Shown: positions 28,124 through 39,028 of the stretch, in pieces | Position numbering within the stretch: the stretch's first letter is position 1 | Layout: the number at the start of each line of letters is the position of its first letter | Virus record (IMG/VR): IMGVR_UViG_3300021373_003070 | Direction: 5' to 3' (one strand) | From: a virus | Length of the DNA: 64,000 nucleotides | The notes under the pieces: model-generated | Seen by the model: only the letters and a program-made list of their open reading frames with translations | Database searches by the model: none | What the model was told of the DNA's origin: nothing | Position numbers and translations under genes: made by a program

Positions 28124-28870
28124 ATGGCTGTACCAACATCTCGAGAAGAATTTAAGGAGTATTGTCTTCGTTCTCTCGGTAAGCCAGTAATCGAAATAAA
28201 TGTTGATGATCTGCAAGCTGAAGATAGAATAGATCAAGCTTTACGTTTTTATTATGATTACCATTTTGATGGAACAGATAAAACATATTACAAAATTGAG
28301 ATGAACGACACCATTCGCGAGCAAAAGTATTTTGACTTGCCTGATAACATCATTGGTGTTGTTCGAGCTTTTCCTATCGGTGATCCTAACACATCATCTG
28401 GCGACATCTTTAACATTCGATACCAGATCGCACTGAATGATCTGTATACGCTAACGAATGTGGCTTTAGTAGATTACTATATGACAATGGAACATCTTGC
28501 CCTTGTCTCTGAGTTGTTAGTAGGGCGTCCACAGATTAGATTCAATCGTCACAGGAATCGTGTACACTTCGATGAAACTACCGGCGATCTTCCACCTAAT
28601 GGAAATTTCATTGTTCTCGAAGCATATGAAGTCGTGAATCCGGATGCATTTACAGATGTGTGGGCAGATAGATGGCTACAATATTACACTTCGCAATTGA
28701 TTAAAAGACAATGGGGAACAAACCTTACTAAGTTTGAAGGTCTGCAACTTCCCGGCGGAGTAACATTTAATGGTAGACAGATATATGACGAAGCTCAAGC
28801 TGAGATTAGTAAATTAGAAGAAGAGATGGTTACTAATTACAGCTTACCGGTTATGGATATGATCGGATAG
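28124..28870 (+). CDS. gp13: Neck protein gp13
   Basis: EYCLRSLGKPVIEINV..YHFDG..QWGTNLTKF..LPGGVT.NG. Confidence 0.93.
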   Translation: MAVPTSREEFKEYCLRSLGKPVIEINVDDLQAEDRIDQALRFYYDYHFDGTDKTYYKIEMNDTIREQKYFDLPDNIIGVVRAFPIGDPNTSSGDIFNIRYQIALNDLYTLTNVALVDYYMTMEHLALVSELLVGRPQIRFNRHRNRVHFDETTGDLPPNGNFIVLEAYEVVNPDAFTDVWADRWLQYYTSQLIKRQWGTNLTKFEGLQLPGGVTFNGRQIYDEAQAEISKLEEEMVTNYSLPVMDMIG

Positions 28871-28918
28871 TTGTTGGCCACAATGGCATTATAAGACATA
28901 ACACAGGATTTGTACACA

Positions 28919-29650
28919 GTGGCAACGAATATATATTTCAATAATTTTACAAACACGGCTGAACAGAATCTTATAGAAGATCTGGTCATCGAGTCAATAC
29001 GCATATACGGTCATGATATATGGTATTGTCCACGTACTGTTGTGTCAAAAGATGATATACTTCATGAAGATACGCTGTCTCAATATAATGATTCGTATCA
29101 GGTAGAAATGTATATAAAGAATGTAGAAGGTTTTGAAGGAGAAGGAGATTTCCTTTCTAAATTCAATATTCAGATTCGAGACGAGATCACATTCACCATA
29201 GCAAGAAAAGTATATCAAGAAACGATTGGAGATGTAGAAAATAGTGAACGTCCTCTTGAAGGCGACCTCATATTCATGCCTCTTACTAACAAAGTCTATG
29301 TGATCAAGTTTGTAGAGCATGAGCCTGTCTTTTATCAGATGGGATCATTGCAGATGTATGATCTAAGATGTGAATTGTTCGAATATAGCAGCGAAGATCT
29401 AAACACCGGTGTACCGCAGATCGATAATCTCGAAGTCGAATATACATTGGCTGCGACTGAAGCCGATGGCTTGATGCGAGATGCAAATAATAATGTCATT
29501 ATAAATGAGGCAACTGGCAGACCAGAAGGTGTAGATAGCGATTGGAATCCGGATGATCCATTCTCAACAAACTCAGAATTTCAGTTGGATGCAGATTCAT
29601 TTGTGGACTTTACTGAAAGAGATCCATTCAGTGAACAAGGTAGATATTAA
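28919..29650 (+). CDS. gp14: Neck protein gp14 (likely GTG start at 28919)
   Basis: EQNLIEDLVIESIRIYG..GFEGEGD.LSKF..RPLEGDLI..FVEHE.FYQ. Confidence 0.93.
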   Translation: MATNIYFNNFTNTAEQNLIEDLVIESIRIYGHDIWYCPRTVVSKDDILHEDTLSQYNDSYQVEMYIKNVEGFEGEGDFLSKFNIQIRDEITFTIARKVYQETIGDVENSERPLEGDLIFMPLTNKVYVIKFVEHEPVFYQMGSLQMYDLRCELFEYSSEDLNTGVPQIDNLEVEYTLAATEADGLMRDANNNVIINEATGRPEGVDSDWNPDDPFSTNSEFQLDADSFVDFTERDPFSEQGRY

Positions 29651-30747
29651 TGTTCGGACGTACTTTTTATCACGACACACTTCGTAGATATGTCATTTTA
29701 TTTGGCACACTCTTCAATGATGTGTGGATCAATCGTGAAGATGAAGATGGAAATGTCAAACAGTCTATAAAGGTACCATTAGCTTATGGTCCTCGCGAAA
29801 AGTTTTTAGCAAGAATCGAGGGCATAGAAAGTCAACGCGATCCATTACAGCAACCATTTTCTGTTGTATTACCTCGAATGGGATTTGAGATAACAGGATT
29901 TAATTATGCACCAGAAAGAAAATTACCAACTCGTAAACATTTTGTTAAGACAGCAAACGCTACTGATTCAGACAAAAATGATTACATGTACAATCCTGTA
30001 CCGTATGATATCTCATTCAGTCTTTCTATCTTTGTTAAAAATACAACAGATGGTACAAGAATCATCGAGCAAATATTACCATACTTTACGCCAGAGTGGA
30101 CATCTACAGTTCAATTGATTGACGATCCGGATGTCACGCTCGATGTGCCTGTTGTTTTAACTGGATCATCACAAGATGACGTATATGAAGGATCATTCGA
30201 AGAGCGCCGTGCCCTTATATGGACACTTGATTTTACAATGAAAGGATTTTTCTTTGGTCCTGTATATAAGAAAGAAATCATCAAGCTGGCCAATACTCAA
30301 GTGTTTGATGCATCACTATATGAAGATGCAATCGATGCCGTAGAATTGCCACCAGAATCAGCTGTTGAACGATACATAAATACTGTAGGACTCGATAGCG
30401 AAGGCAATCCAGTTACTGAAAATCCAGTACAGGCAACTGCTATCGCAACAGTAAATGAAGGCACGGTTTCTGACATAACCATTATTAATTCTGGCGCTGG
30501 CTATTCGACCGCAACTGTTACAATTACCGAAGGCGGCGCTCCATTAATAAATGCTACGGCAACGGTAAATGTGGCAGAAAATGGCACCATTGCTAGCATC
30601 GAGATGGTTGAGGTAGGCACTAACTATACCCAAACGCCTGTCGTTACAATTTCGGCGCCAGATATTGTAAGTGTAGCTGCTAATACAATATCAGTAGATG
30701 ACAATTACGGTATAATATCGTTTACGCAGCGACAAGAATATGAGTAA
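29650..30747 (+). CDS. gp15: Tail terminator / sheath stabiliser gp15 with C-terminal extension
   Basis: FYH..R.Y..LFGTLFN..VPLAYGP.EKF..LPRM..IIEQILPYF.P; extra ATA.ATV..G.V..I.I..G.GY repeats. Confidence 0.92.
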   Translation: MFGRTFYHDTLRRYVILFGTLFNDVWINREDEDGNVKQSIKVPLAYGPREKFLARIEGIESQRDPLQQPFSVVLPRMGFEITGFNYAPERKLPTRKHFVKTANATDSDKNDYMYNPVPYDISFSLSIFVKNTTDGTRIIEQILPYFTPEWTSTVQLIDDPDVTLDVPVVLTGSSQDDVYEGSFEERRALIWTLDFTMKGFFFGPVYKKEIIKLANTQVFDASLYEDAIDAVELPPESAVERYINTVGLDSEGNPVTENPVQATAIATVNEGTVSDITIINSGAGYSTATVTITEGGAPLINATATVNVAENGTIASIEMVEVGTNYTQTPVVTISAPDIVSVAANTISVDDNYGIISFTQRQEYE

Positions 30748-31165
30748 AGATGACATGAAGCATGATATATTGAATGACGTTTTAAATATGAATGGTACTG
30801 AAATCGTCCAAAAAGAAGACGCGCCATTACCTACAACTTATAGACCAAGTTTAGAATCAGATAAAGAATTCGAAAACGATACCAAGTATATCAGGCAGAA
30901 TTTTTATGATCTTATAGAAAAAGGTCATAGCGCCATTGACGAATTATTGGCCGTCGCAGATCAATCACAACACCCTCGAGCATATGAAGTATTAGCAAAT
31001 ATGCTGAAGACAATGGGTGACATCAATAAAGATTTGCTTGAAATGCATGCTAAGAAGCAGAAGATTACAGGCGAAACTCCTACTGAAAACACCGTAAACA
31101 ACAACTTATATGTTGGAAGTACAAGCGATCTACTAAAATTGTTGAATAAAGACGACGATGAGTGA
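30740..31165 (+). CDS. gp16: Terminase small subunit
   Basis: HPRAYEV..NNLYVGST.DL motifs; directly upstream of gp17. Confidence 0.93.
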   Translation: MSKDDMKHDILNDVLNMNGTEIVQKEDAPLPTTYRPSLESDKEFENDTKYIRQNFYDLIEKGHSAIDELLAVADQSQHPRAYEVLANMLKTMGDINKDLLEMHAKKQKITGETPTENTVNNNLYVGSTSDLLKLLNKDDDE

Positions 31166-32810
31166 TATTACAGATATCAAGGATTACCGAGCATATCTCG
31201 GTAATGCTAATCTAAAAAGAAAAGGCGTTGACATTGAATGGACCGAAGAAATGGTTCAAGAATTTGTCAAGTGTTCAAAAGATCCTATCTACTTCTCTCA
31301 ACAATATATTCAGATTGTACACGTTGATCATGGTCTTATTCCTATCAAGTTGTACAAATATCAAAAAGATATTATCAGGAAAACAACTAAAAATAGGAGA
31401 ACATGTGTTGTCACCTCACGTCAGGCGGGTAAGACTACTACTGCTGTATGCCTTATCCTCCACTATATACTCTTTAATGACCACAAGCTTGTTGCTCTTC
31501 TTGCTAATAAAGGAGACTCAGCAAGAGAAATTCTTGACAGAATCAAAACAGCATATGAAGCCTTACCAAAATGGCTACAGCAAGGTGTCATCGAATGGAA
31601 CAAAGGTTCAGTAGAATTTGAAAATGGATCGAAGATTATAGCGGCAGCCACATCATCATCGGCTATTCGTGGTAAGTCTGTATCCTTTCTATACATCGAT
31701 GAGACCGCGTTCGTTGAAGGATGGGATGAATTCTTCGCAGCGGTATATCCAACGATATCATCTGGTAAAACAACAAAAATTCTTCTCACATCAACACCTA
31801 ACGGTCTAAATCATTTTTACAAAACATGTGAAGGCGCAAAGTCTGGTAAAAATGGATATCAGTTTGTTCAGGTTATGTGGAATGATGTGCCCGGCAGAGA
31901 TGAAAAATGGAGACAAGAAACACTAGCATCGATGGATTTCGACTCAGAAAAGTTTGCACAGGAGATGGAGTGTGAATTCTTAGGGAGTAGTGGTACATTA
32001 ATCGCTGGTTGGAAACTCAAAGAATTGGTATATCATGATCCACTAAGAACGATTGGCGGAGTCACGATATACGAAGAACCTGAAGCAGAAAAAAAGTACG
32101 TCATAACCGTCGATGTTAGTCGCGGCAAAGGACTTGACTATTCAGCATTTCAAGTAATCGATACCACTAAAATGCCGTATAGACAAGTTTGTACGTACAG
32201 AAATAATATGATAACACCGGTTGATTATACTGCAGCTGTTCATAGAGCAGCTATGTTTTATAATCAAGCTTCAGTTATGGTAGAAATTAATGATATTGGT
32301 GATCAAGTAGCAGGTATATTATTTGAAGAATATGAATATGAGAACATGCTATTAACGGAAAATAACGGCCGAGAAGGTAAAAGATTAATATCTGGTGTTG
32401 CTGGTTTTAATGGAAGGGCAGATAAAGGTATAAGGACGACTAAACCTGTGAAGGCTTTAGGCTGTTCAATGCTAAAACTGTTAATCGAACAAAATCAGCT
32501 TATAGTAAATGACTTCGAAACGATTAAAGAGCTATCTACCTTTAGTGCGAAAGGCACATCATATGAGGCCGAACCCGGCAATCATGATGATTTAACAATG
32601 TGTTTAGTACTCTTTGGATGGCTCACAAATCAAAGATACTTCAAAGAATTGACTGATATAAATACGGTCATAAATCTGAAGGAAATGAACGAAGAGAAAG
32701 TTTTTAGTGAATTGACGCCCTTCGGTTTGATAGATTCCGGGCATGAAAACTACGAAGATAAGGTGCCTGTGACTGTGAAAGGCGACGACGACTGGGGTTG
32801 GCTGCGCTAA
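31158..32810 (+). CDS. gp17: Terminase large subunit
   Basis: Walker A SRQAGKTT, Walker B YIDE, STPNG, nuclease DVSRG.G.DYS and HDDL. Confidence 0.97.
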   Translation: MSDITDIKDYRAYLGNANLKRKGVDIEWTEEMVQEFVKCSKDPIYFSQQYIQIVHVDHGLIPIKLYKYQKDIIRKTTKNRRTCVVTSRQAGKTTTAVCLILHYILFNDHKLVALLANKGDSAREILDRIKTAYEALPKWLQQGVIEWNKGSVEFENGSKIIAAATSSSAIRGKSVSFLYIDETAFVEGWDEFFAAVYPTISSGKTTKILLTSTPNGLNHFYKTCEGAKSGKNGYQFVQVMWNDVPGRDEKWRQETLASMDFDSEKFAQEMECEFLGSSGTLIAGWKLKELVYHDPLRTIGGVTIYEEPEAEKKYVITVDVSRGKGLDYSAFQVIDTTKMPYRQVCTYRNNMITPVDYTAAVHRAAMFYNQASVMVEINDIGDQVAGILFEEYEYENMLLTENNGREGKRLISGVAGFNGRADKGIRTTKPVKALGCSMLKLLIEQNQLIVNDFETIKELSTFSAKGTSYEAEPGNHDDLTMCLVLFGWLTNQRYFKELTDINTVINLKEMNEEKVFSELTPFGLIDSGHENYEDKVPVTVKGDDDWGWLR

Positions 32811-32827
32811 TTAGAAATGTTGTTTGT

Positions 32828-32835
32828 TATAAATA
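32828..32835 (+). promoter_or_regulatory. Late promoter for gp18
   Basis: Intergenic TATAAATA. Confidence 0.85.
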
Positions 32836-32883
32836 AATGTACGATCTAGATTATATTTAAAATTTTTACAGGGAGAAACAAAT

Positions 32884-35406
32884 ATGCCTTTTCAATTAAG
32901 CCCAGGCGTTAATACTACAGAAATCGATTTGACGACTGTAATCCCTGCCGTGGCTACAACTGATGGCGCCATTGCGGGCGTATTTCAGTGGGGTCCGGTA
33001 GATAAGCCCGTACTAGTTACAGGCGAAGACGACATGGTAGCGCAGTTTGGCAAGCCAAATGCTGGTAATTTTGAAACATTCATGACAGCCGCTAGCTTTT
33101 TGTCTTACAGTAACAGCTTGTATATTTCACGAGCTCATCACTCATTCGGTTCTGATATTCGTCTTTCAGTATTTACTGTCGACGGTGCTGACTACTTTGT
33201 AGTTGCAGATAGCGATTCAACAGGTGTTTCGACTGGCGATGTAGTTGCTGCTCGTGGCTCTGACGTTGCTGAAGCTGTTGTCACTGTTGATGCTTCAGAT
33301 CAAGTCGAAGCTATTACTCAAACCAATATCGACACAGTTGGTAATAAGATTGATCAAACTTTGACTGTTCTTCGCGAAGGCGAGAAAGTCACTGCTACAT
33401 CAGATAACGCATTACCTACTGTACTTGGTGGCGGAACTGGCCCATCAGCTGAACTTTACGTCATTAACGTAAACGCTGGTGACTTCCAGTTAACTACTTC
33501 ACAAGGTTCTACAGGTGATATTGTTGTATTCGGTGATACTGGTAGCGGCACAATGACGCTAACACGCTCCGGTTCAACACGAATCACTATGACCGGCGAG
33601 ACTTTCTCCGGTGGAACTGGTTCAACAATTCTCGAATTCCACGATGCCGACTATTCATTCAACGCTGTTGCTAACTCAAGCGTTCGAGCTGCTTCACTTG
33701 CATCTAACATCGTTAAGAACGAAGACACCTACGACGGTGCTCTTGCTTCATTCGATGATAGTGTAGAGTGGATTGCTAAGTATCCCGGTTCTCTTGGAAA
33801 CAGCTTACAGATTTCAGTTTGCGATTCAGCGAATGCTTTCTCATCCACCGTAACTGTCGCTCAAGGTGCTGCAACTGTACTGGCGATTGAAATTGGTGCA
33901 TCAAATGGTACTATTACTACTGACGGCGCTGATTCACTTATCACTGATGTAACTGCTCAATTGGCAGTAGGCGATAAGATTCTGGTTGGTAATACTACAA
34001 TCGGCGAACAGTACCTCGAAATCTCAGGTATCGATACTACTTCAAACACTTCATCAGGTGTACTTACATTTACTACGCCATTGACTACTACTGAAGACGT
34101 TTCAATTGCATCAACTGCAGGTGCAAATGCTACATTCACACGACTATGGCAACATTGGGATCTTGTAGATGGAGCGCCCGGCACTTCAGAGTATGTTGCA
34201 GAGAAAGGCGGAACTGGTAAAGATCAGGTTCACGTAGTTGTTCTCGATGAAGATGGATTGATTTCAGGTGTCCCCGGCACTGTACTTGAAGTATTCAACT
34301 CACTATCTCGTGCAACAGACGCAAAAGACGAGCAAGGTTCATCTCTTTACTATAAAGATGCGATCAACAGCCGATCTCAGTATGTCTGGTGGGCGAATGA
34401 TCGTACTGGCGCAGCTTCTGCTCCTGCGATTAGCGTTGCATCTTCAACCAACAATGATCCTTCAACATTGTCATTCGCTAGTGGCCGAGATAACGGTACT
34501 GAAACTTCAGCTCCTCTCGGTGATATCCTTCGCGCATACGACGTATTTAAGTCAGCCGAAGATGTTGATATCTCACTAGTCATGGCAGGTAAGGCTCGTG
34601 GCGGTGCACACGGTCAAACACTACCCAACTACATTGTAGATAACATTGCTGAATCTCGTAAAGATTGCGTTGTATTCATCTCGCCAGAGCGTGGAGATGT
34701 GGTTGACAACGTTAGCGATATCGCTGCAGACGTAGTTGAATTTAGAAACGCTTGCCGATCAACTTCATACGGTGTTCTAGATGGCGGATACAAGTACATG
34801 TACGACAAGTACAACGACGTATATCGCTGGGTACCATTAAATGGTGACATTGCAGGTCTCGCAGCTTACACAGATGGCGAGCGTGATGCATGGTGGTCAC
34901 CTGCTGGCTTCAACCGCGGACAAATCCGCAATGTTGTACGCCTCGCTTGGAACCCCAAGAAAGCCCAACGTGATCTTCTATACAAGAACGGTGTGAATCC
35001 AGTAGTTAACTTCCCAGGTCAAGGTGTGGTGCTCTTCGGTGACAAGACTATGCTTGCTCGCCCATCAGCATTCGATCGAATCAATGTACGTCGATTGTTC
35101 ATTGTCCTCGAGAAGGCGATTGCGACAGCATCACAATCAACCTTGTTCGAATTTAACGATGAGTTTACAAGAGCGAGCTTTGTAAATCTTGTAACGCCAT
35201 TCCTTCGCAGTGTGCAAGGACGGCGAGGTATTACCGACTTCGTAGTCGTATGTGATGGAACAAACAATACGGGCGACGTAATTGACCGTAACGAGTTTGT
35301 TGGTGACATCTATGTCAAGCCTTCGCGAAGCATCAACTTCATTCAGTTGAATTTTGTTGCGGTTAGAAGCGGCGTAGAATTCTCCGAAGTTATTGGAAAC
35401 GCATAA
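32884..35406 (+). CDS. gp18: Tail sheath protein (with inserted domain)
   Basis: SPGV..EIDLT..FQWGP..WWSPAGFNRG..FDRINVRRLF..FEFND; 840 aa. Confidence 0.97.
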   Translation: MPFQLSPGVNTTEIDLTTVIPAVATTDGAIAGVFQWGPVDKPVLVTGEDDMVAQFGKPNAGNFETFMTAASFLSYSNSLYISRAHHSFGSDIRLSVFTVDGADYFVVADSDSTGVSTGDVVAARGSDVAEAVVTVDASDQVEAITQTNIDTVGNKIDQTLTVLREGEKVTATSDNALPTVLGGGTGPSAELYVINVNAGDFQLTTSQGSTGDIVVFGDTGSGTMTLTRSGSTRITMTGETFSGGTGSTILEFHDADYSFNAVANSSVRAASLASNIVKNEDTYDGALASFDDSVEWIAKYPGSLGNSLQISVCDSANAFSSTVTVAQGAATVLAIEIGASNGTITTDGADSLITDVTAQLAVGDKILVGNTTIGEQYLEISGIDTTSNTSSGVLTFTTPLTTTEDVSIASTAGANATFTRLWQHWDLVDGAPGTSEYVAEKGGTGKDQVHVVVLDEDGLISGVPGTVLEVFNSLSRATDAKDEQGSSLYYKDAINSRSQYVWWANDRTGAASAPAISVASSTNNDPSTLSFASGRDNGTETSAPLGDILRAYDVFKSAEDVDISLVMAGKARGGAHGQTLPNYIVDNIAESRKDCVVFISPERGDVVDNVSDIAADVVEFRNACRSTSYGVLDGGYKYMYDKYNDVYRWVPLNGDIAGLAAYTDGERDAWWSPAGFNRGQIRNVVRLAWNPKKAQRDLLYKNGVNPVVNFPGQGVVLFGDKTMLARPSAFDRINVRRLFIVLEKAIATASQSTLFEFNDEFTRASFVNLVTPFLRSVQGRRGITDFVVVCDGTNNTGDVIDRNEFVGDIYVKPSRSINFIQLNFVAVRSGVEFSEVIGNA

Positions 35407-35434
35407 ATAGAATAAACAATAGGAGAATAAACTA

Positions 35435-35947
35435 ATGGCTTTTAATTTACAAGAGTTCAAACAAAATGCGATCTCAGCTGGCGGGTTCCGACCCGCCCTC
35501 TTTGAGGTAAGAGCGCCTGCAGTATTGGGTGGCTCACCATTTAGTTTTCTTTGTATGTCGACACAGGTACCAGCTTTTACCCACGGTGTCATTGAAGTGC
35601 CATATTTCGGACGTAAGATCAAGATCGCTGGTGATCGAACTTACACCGAATGGACAACTACACTTATGATCGAAGAAGACTTTGGTGTACGCGACAGCCT
35701 AGAAGCTTGGGCAGATCAAATCAATGATCCAGTTTCAGGTCAACGTACATTTGGTGCACCAGAAGATTACAAGAATGAAATGGAAGTTATCTTGTATGGA
35801 AAAACTGGTGAAGCTAAGCGCACTTATAACCTTGAAGGATGCTGGCCAACAGACGTAGGCACTATCGAGTTGGATTGGAATACAACTGACACGATTGGCA
35901 CTTACACTGTAACTTGGGCGTTTGATAACATGCCTAAGGGCAGCTAA
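35435..35947 (+). CDS. gp19: Tail tube protein
   Basis: RP.LFEV..VPYFGRKIKIAGDRTY.EW..WP..V..IELDW. Confidence 0.95.
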   Translation: MAFNLQEFKQNAISAGGFRPALFEVRAPAVLGGSPFSFLCMSTQVPAFTHGVIEVPYFGRKIKIAGDRTYTEWTTTLMIEEDFGVRDSLEAWADQINDPVSGQRTFGAPEDYKNEMEVILYGKTGEAKRTYNLEGCWPTDVGTIELDWNTTDTIGTYTVTWAFDNMPKGS

Positions 35948-35984
35948 TTTAGCTTTAAGTCAAATTAACAAAAAGTAGTACCTG

Positions 35985-36021
35985 AGGGGATTATAAATAA
36001 ACTTATAATCCCCTTTTTTTT
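35985..36021 (+). terminator. Intrinsic terminator with an embedded late promoter
   Basis: AGGGGATTATAA-ATAAAC-TTATAATCCCCT followed by a T-run; TATAAATA at 35992-35999. Confidence 0.8.
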
Positions 36022-36034
36022 ATCGGAGCATTGA

Positions 36035-37741
36035 ATGGAACTTTTTGGATTTGAAATTAATCGTAAGAAGGAGCAAAAGCAGCAAGAAAAACTGCAATCA
36101 TTTGTTCCTCCATCTAATGAAGATGGTGCGCTTACGGTTGCTGCCGGTGGTGTTTATGGTACGTATGTCGACTTAGATGGATCGGTAAGAACAGAAGCAG
36201 AACTCGTTAATAAGTATCGAGCGATCTCTTTTGATCCTATCATTGATCTAGCAATACAAGAAATATGCAATGAGGCCATCGTAGAAGACAGCGACGAAGA
36301 GACCGTGTCTATTGTATTAGACGACGTAAAAACACAAGATTCTATTAAGAAAACGATTATAGCCGAATTCGAAGAGATACTTAATCTCCTCGAGTTTAAT
36401 CGTTTGAGCTATGACATATTTAAACGATGGTATGTCGATGGTAGATTATACTATCATGTAATCGTTGACGAGAAAAAACCAGCACGTGGCATATTAGAAC
36501 TACGTTATATCGATCCACGAAATATTAAGAAGATTCGTGAAGTTAAAAAAGAAAAAGATAGTAAGACTGGTGTCACCATTGAAAAAATCGTCAATGAATA
36601 TTACATGTACAGCCCATCCGGATTTCTTAAAAGAACGGGCTCGTTAACCGGTTCTACGATGAGCTCATATGGATCTAGTAATCCATCCGCTGCCGAAGGT
36701 GTCAAGATATCTCCTGACTCTATTTGTTTCAACACAAGTGGATGTCAGAGTATGGATAATAAGCTCATATTATCTTGGCTACAAAAAGCAATACGCCCGC
36801 TGAATCAGCTTCGATCTATGGAAGATTCGATGGTTATCTATCGTATCTCACGAGCACCTGAGCGTCGTATTTTCTATGTTGATGTAGGTGGATTGCCAAA
36901 AGCTAAAGCTGAACAATATTTGTCAGACATTATGACAAAGTTTAAGAATAAGACTGTCTATGATTCTGCAACAGGCGAAATCAAAGATGATAGAAAGTTC
37001 ATGACCATGCTCGAAGATTTTTGGTTACCTCGTCGAGAAGGTGGTCGTGGTACAGAAATCACTACGCTGCCTGGCGGTCAGAATCTCGGTGATATTGAAG
37101 ATGTTCAATATTTCCAAAGCAATTTGTATCGGTCGTTGAATGTACCGATTACTCGTTTGCAACCAGAAAACACTTATAGTTTAGGCCGTGCAACAGAAAT
37201 TACGAGAGACGAAGTAAAGTTTGGTAAGTTTATTACTCGACTACGCCAAAAATTCTCTGAATTATTCCTTAAGTTGCTTGAGCGCCAGCTAATTCTAAAA
37301 GGTGTATGTACAGTAGAAGATTGGGATGAATGGAAATCTAAAATTAATTTCGACTTTGCTGTAGATAACTACTTCGAAGAATTAAAGATGCTAGAAATGA
37401 ATCGCGATAGAGTTGGTCTATTGCGTGAAATGGAAGAGTGGGTTGGTAAATACTATTCGCATGAGTATATCAGACGCTATGTTTTGCAACAGTCTGAAGC
37501 TGAAATGAAAGATTTAGATAAGCAAATAACTGATGAAGCAAACGATCCTCGCTATAATGAAGTCGAAGAGGAACCACCTGAAGAAGAAGCACCACCACCT
37601 GTACCACAACAATCATTTAAGTTGGTACCTGACGACTCTGCAGAAAAGGAAGGAGAGGATAAAGCTGATAAGAAAGAAGAGTATGATGCTCTTCAAATGA
37701 ATTTGCTTGAATCTATGACAAGATATTTAGACGATGAATAA
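36035..37741 (+). CDS. gp20: Portal protein
   Basis: WYVDGR..YIDPR..IYRISRAPERRIFYVDVG..EDFWLPRREGGRGTEITTLPGG. Confidence 0.98.
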   Translation: MELFGFEINRKKEQKQQEKLQSFVPPSNEDGALTVAAGGVYGTYVDLDGSVRTEAELVNKYRAISFDPIIDLAIQEICNEAIVEDSDEETVSIVLDDVKTQDSIKKTIIAEFEEILNLLEFNRLSYDIFKRWYVDGRLYYHVIVDEKKPARGILELRYIDPRNIKKIREVKKEKDSKTGVTIEKIVNEYYMYSPSGFLKRTGSLTGSTMSSYGSSNPSAAEGVKISPDSICFNTSGCQSMDNKLILSWLQKAIRPLNQLRSMEDSMVIYRISRAPERRIFYVDVGGLPKAKAEQYLSDIMTKFKNKTVYDSATGEIKDDRKFMTMLEDFWLPRREGGRGTEITTLPGGQNLGDIEDVQYFQSNLYRSLNVPITRLQPENTYSLGRATEITRDEVKFGKFITRLRQKFSELFLKLLERQLILKGVCTVEDWDEWKSKINFDFAVDNYFEELKMLEMNRDRVGLLREMEEWVGKYYSHEYIRRYVLQQSEAEMKDLDKQITDEANDPRYNEVEEEPPEEEAPPPVPQQSFKLVPDDSAEKEGEDKADKKEEYDALQMNLLESMTRYLDDE

Positions 37742-38873
37742 AATTGATCCTATTGTAACATCTTTTGCGATTGCTGCAGCCAAGAAAGAAGCTCAAAAAG
37801 TAAAAGATGCTATTAAAGAAGAAGTACAAATAATAGAAGGACCTCGAGGCGAAGTCGGTCAACAAGGTCCTATCGGTGAACAAGGTCCGAGAGGCTATAT
37901 AGGTCCTATTGGAGACACAGGCGCGCAAGGACCACAAGGAGAAAAAGGACCACAAGGTGAAAAAGGACCACAAGGTGAAACTGGAGAAACAGGTTTACAA
38001 GGTGAAGCTGGCCCTCAAGGCGTTCAAGGAGAACGTGGTGAGAAAGGCGAAAAAGGCGATCAAGGTTTATCTGGACCTGCTGGTGCTGCAGGCAGGATGG
38101 GTCCCCAAGGACCTGCCGGCGAACAAGGTAAAGAAGGACCTCAAGGACTTCGAGGAGCTGATGGGCCACGTGGCGAGAAAGGGGACAAAGGAGATACAGG
38201 ACCCGCAGGACCACAAGGAGAGAAAGGCGAGAAGGGCGATACTGGAGCGCAAGGTCCGCAAGGCGAGACTGGCAAAGATGGCCGAGACGCAGACTCGCAA
38301 GAAATAAAGGAGCAAATCAATACTTTATTTGAAGATGCCAAGACTTATCTCGACTCGCAACAGAAAAATTTACAAGAGCAGTTAGATGCAACGCAATTAC
38401 AAGATCTCACAGAGTTTAAATCTAAGCTAACAAAAGAAGTATCAGAAACGATTGAGAAACATAAGAAGTTTATTGATTCTCAAATATCAAACAAATGGGC
38501 ATCATCAGCAGGTGGTGGTTCAGTAAATATCCTACAGATGGATGACGTCAAATTTCAGAAACGTCATGAAGTCGAAGGTGATGCTATTCTTATCTTCGAT
38601 TCTGTTTCAAAGAAGTTTCAATCAGAATCATTCAACGATATCATAGAAAGGTTACAGGTAGGCATGGAAAAACAATACGATAGACTCGTTGATACAGATG
38701 GCGATTATGTTTATATTGGTGAAGCAAACCCAGGCACGGCACGTGATGCAGCTGGCTGGCGTATTAAGCGTGTCTATGAGTTGCCCGGTGATGATGTAGA
38801 AATCATATGGGCAAACAATACTGCCAACACTGAACTCATCTGGGATAATCGAGCAACTTACGAGTATAACTAA
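37734..38873 (+). CDS. Collagen-like fibre protein
   Basis: 50 uninterrupted Gly-X-Y triplets (37839-38288), then a coiled coil, GGGSV and a C-terminal YIGEA.PG..WRIKR..WA..WDNR domain. Confidence 0.85.
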   Translation: MNKIDPIVTSFAIAAAKKEAQKVKDAIKEEVQIIEGPRGEVGQQGPIGEQGPRGYIGPIGDTGAQGPQGEKGPQGEKGPQGETGETGLQGEAGPQGVQGERGEKGEKGDQGLSGPAGAAGRMGPQGPAGEQGKEGPQGLRGADGPRGEKGDKGDTGPAGPQGEKGEKGDTGAQGPQGETGKDGRDADSQEIKEQINTLFEDAKTYLDSQQKNLQEQLDATQLQDLTEFKSKLTKEVSETIEKHKKFIDSQISNKWASSAGGGSVNILQMDDVKFQKRHEVEGDAILIFDSVSKKFQSESFNDIIERLQVGMEKQYDRLVDTDGDYVYIGEANPGTARDAAGWRIKRVYELPGDDVEIIWANNTANTELIWDNRATYEYN

Positions 38874-39028
38874 TGAGCAGAAATCGAACAAGAATAACAG
38901 TTGATGGCACAGTAGTTGAGATGCTCAAAGATGGCGTTACTATCGTAACTGATTATGACACCGAATTAGAAGCACTAGAAGCTGCTAAAGCTCTCATCGA
39001 TACAGAAATTGCGGAGCAAAGTACTTAA
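38873..39028 (+). CDS. Small hypothetical protein (51 aa, not in the ORF track)
   Basis: [21 protein letters not shown]...EQST*; TAATG overlaps on both sides. Confidence 0.6.
   Translation: MSRNRTRITVDGTVVEMLKDGVTIVTDYDTELEALEAAKALIDTEIAEQST

Noticed and set aside
37839-38288. Collagen protein as the classical substrate of the oxygenase cassette
   Set aside because: Pro sits in the X position of Gly-X-Y, not the Y position used by classical prolyl 4-hydroxylases, and the gene is ~21 kb from the cassette
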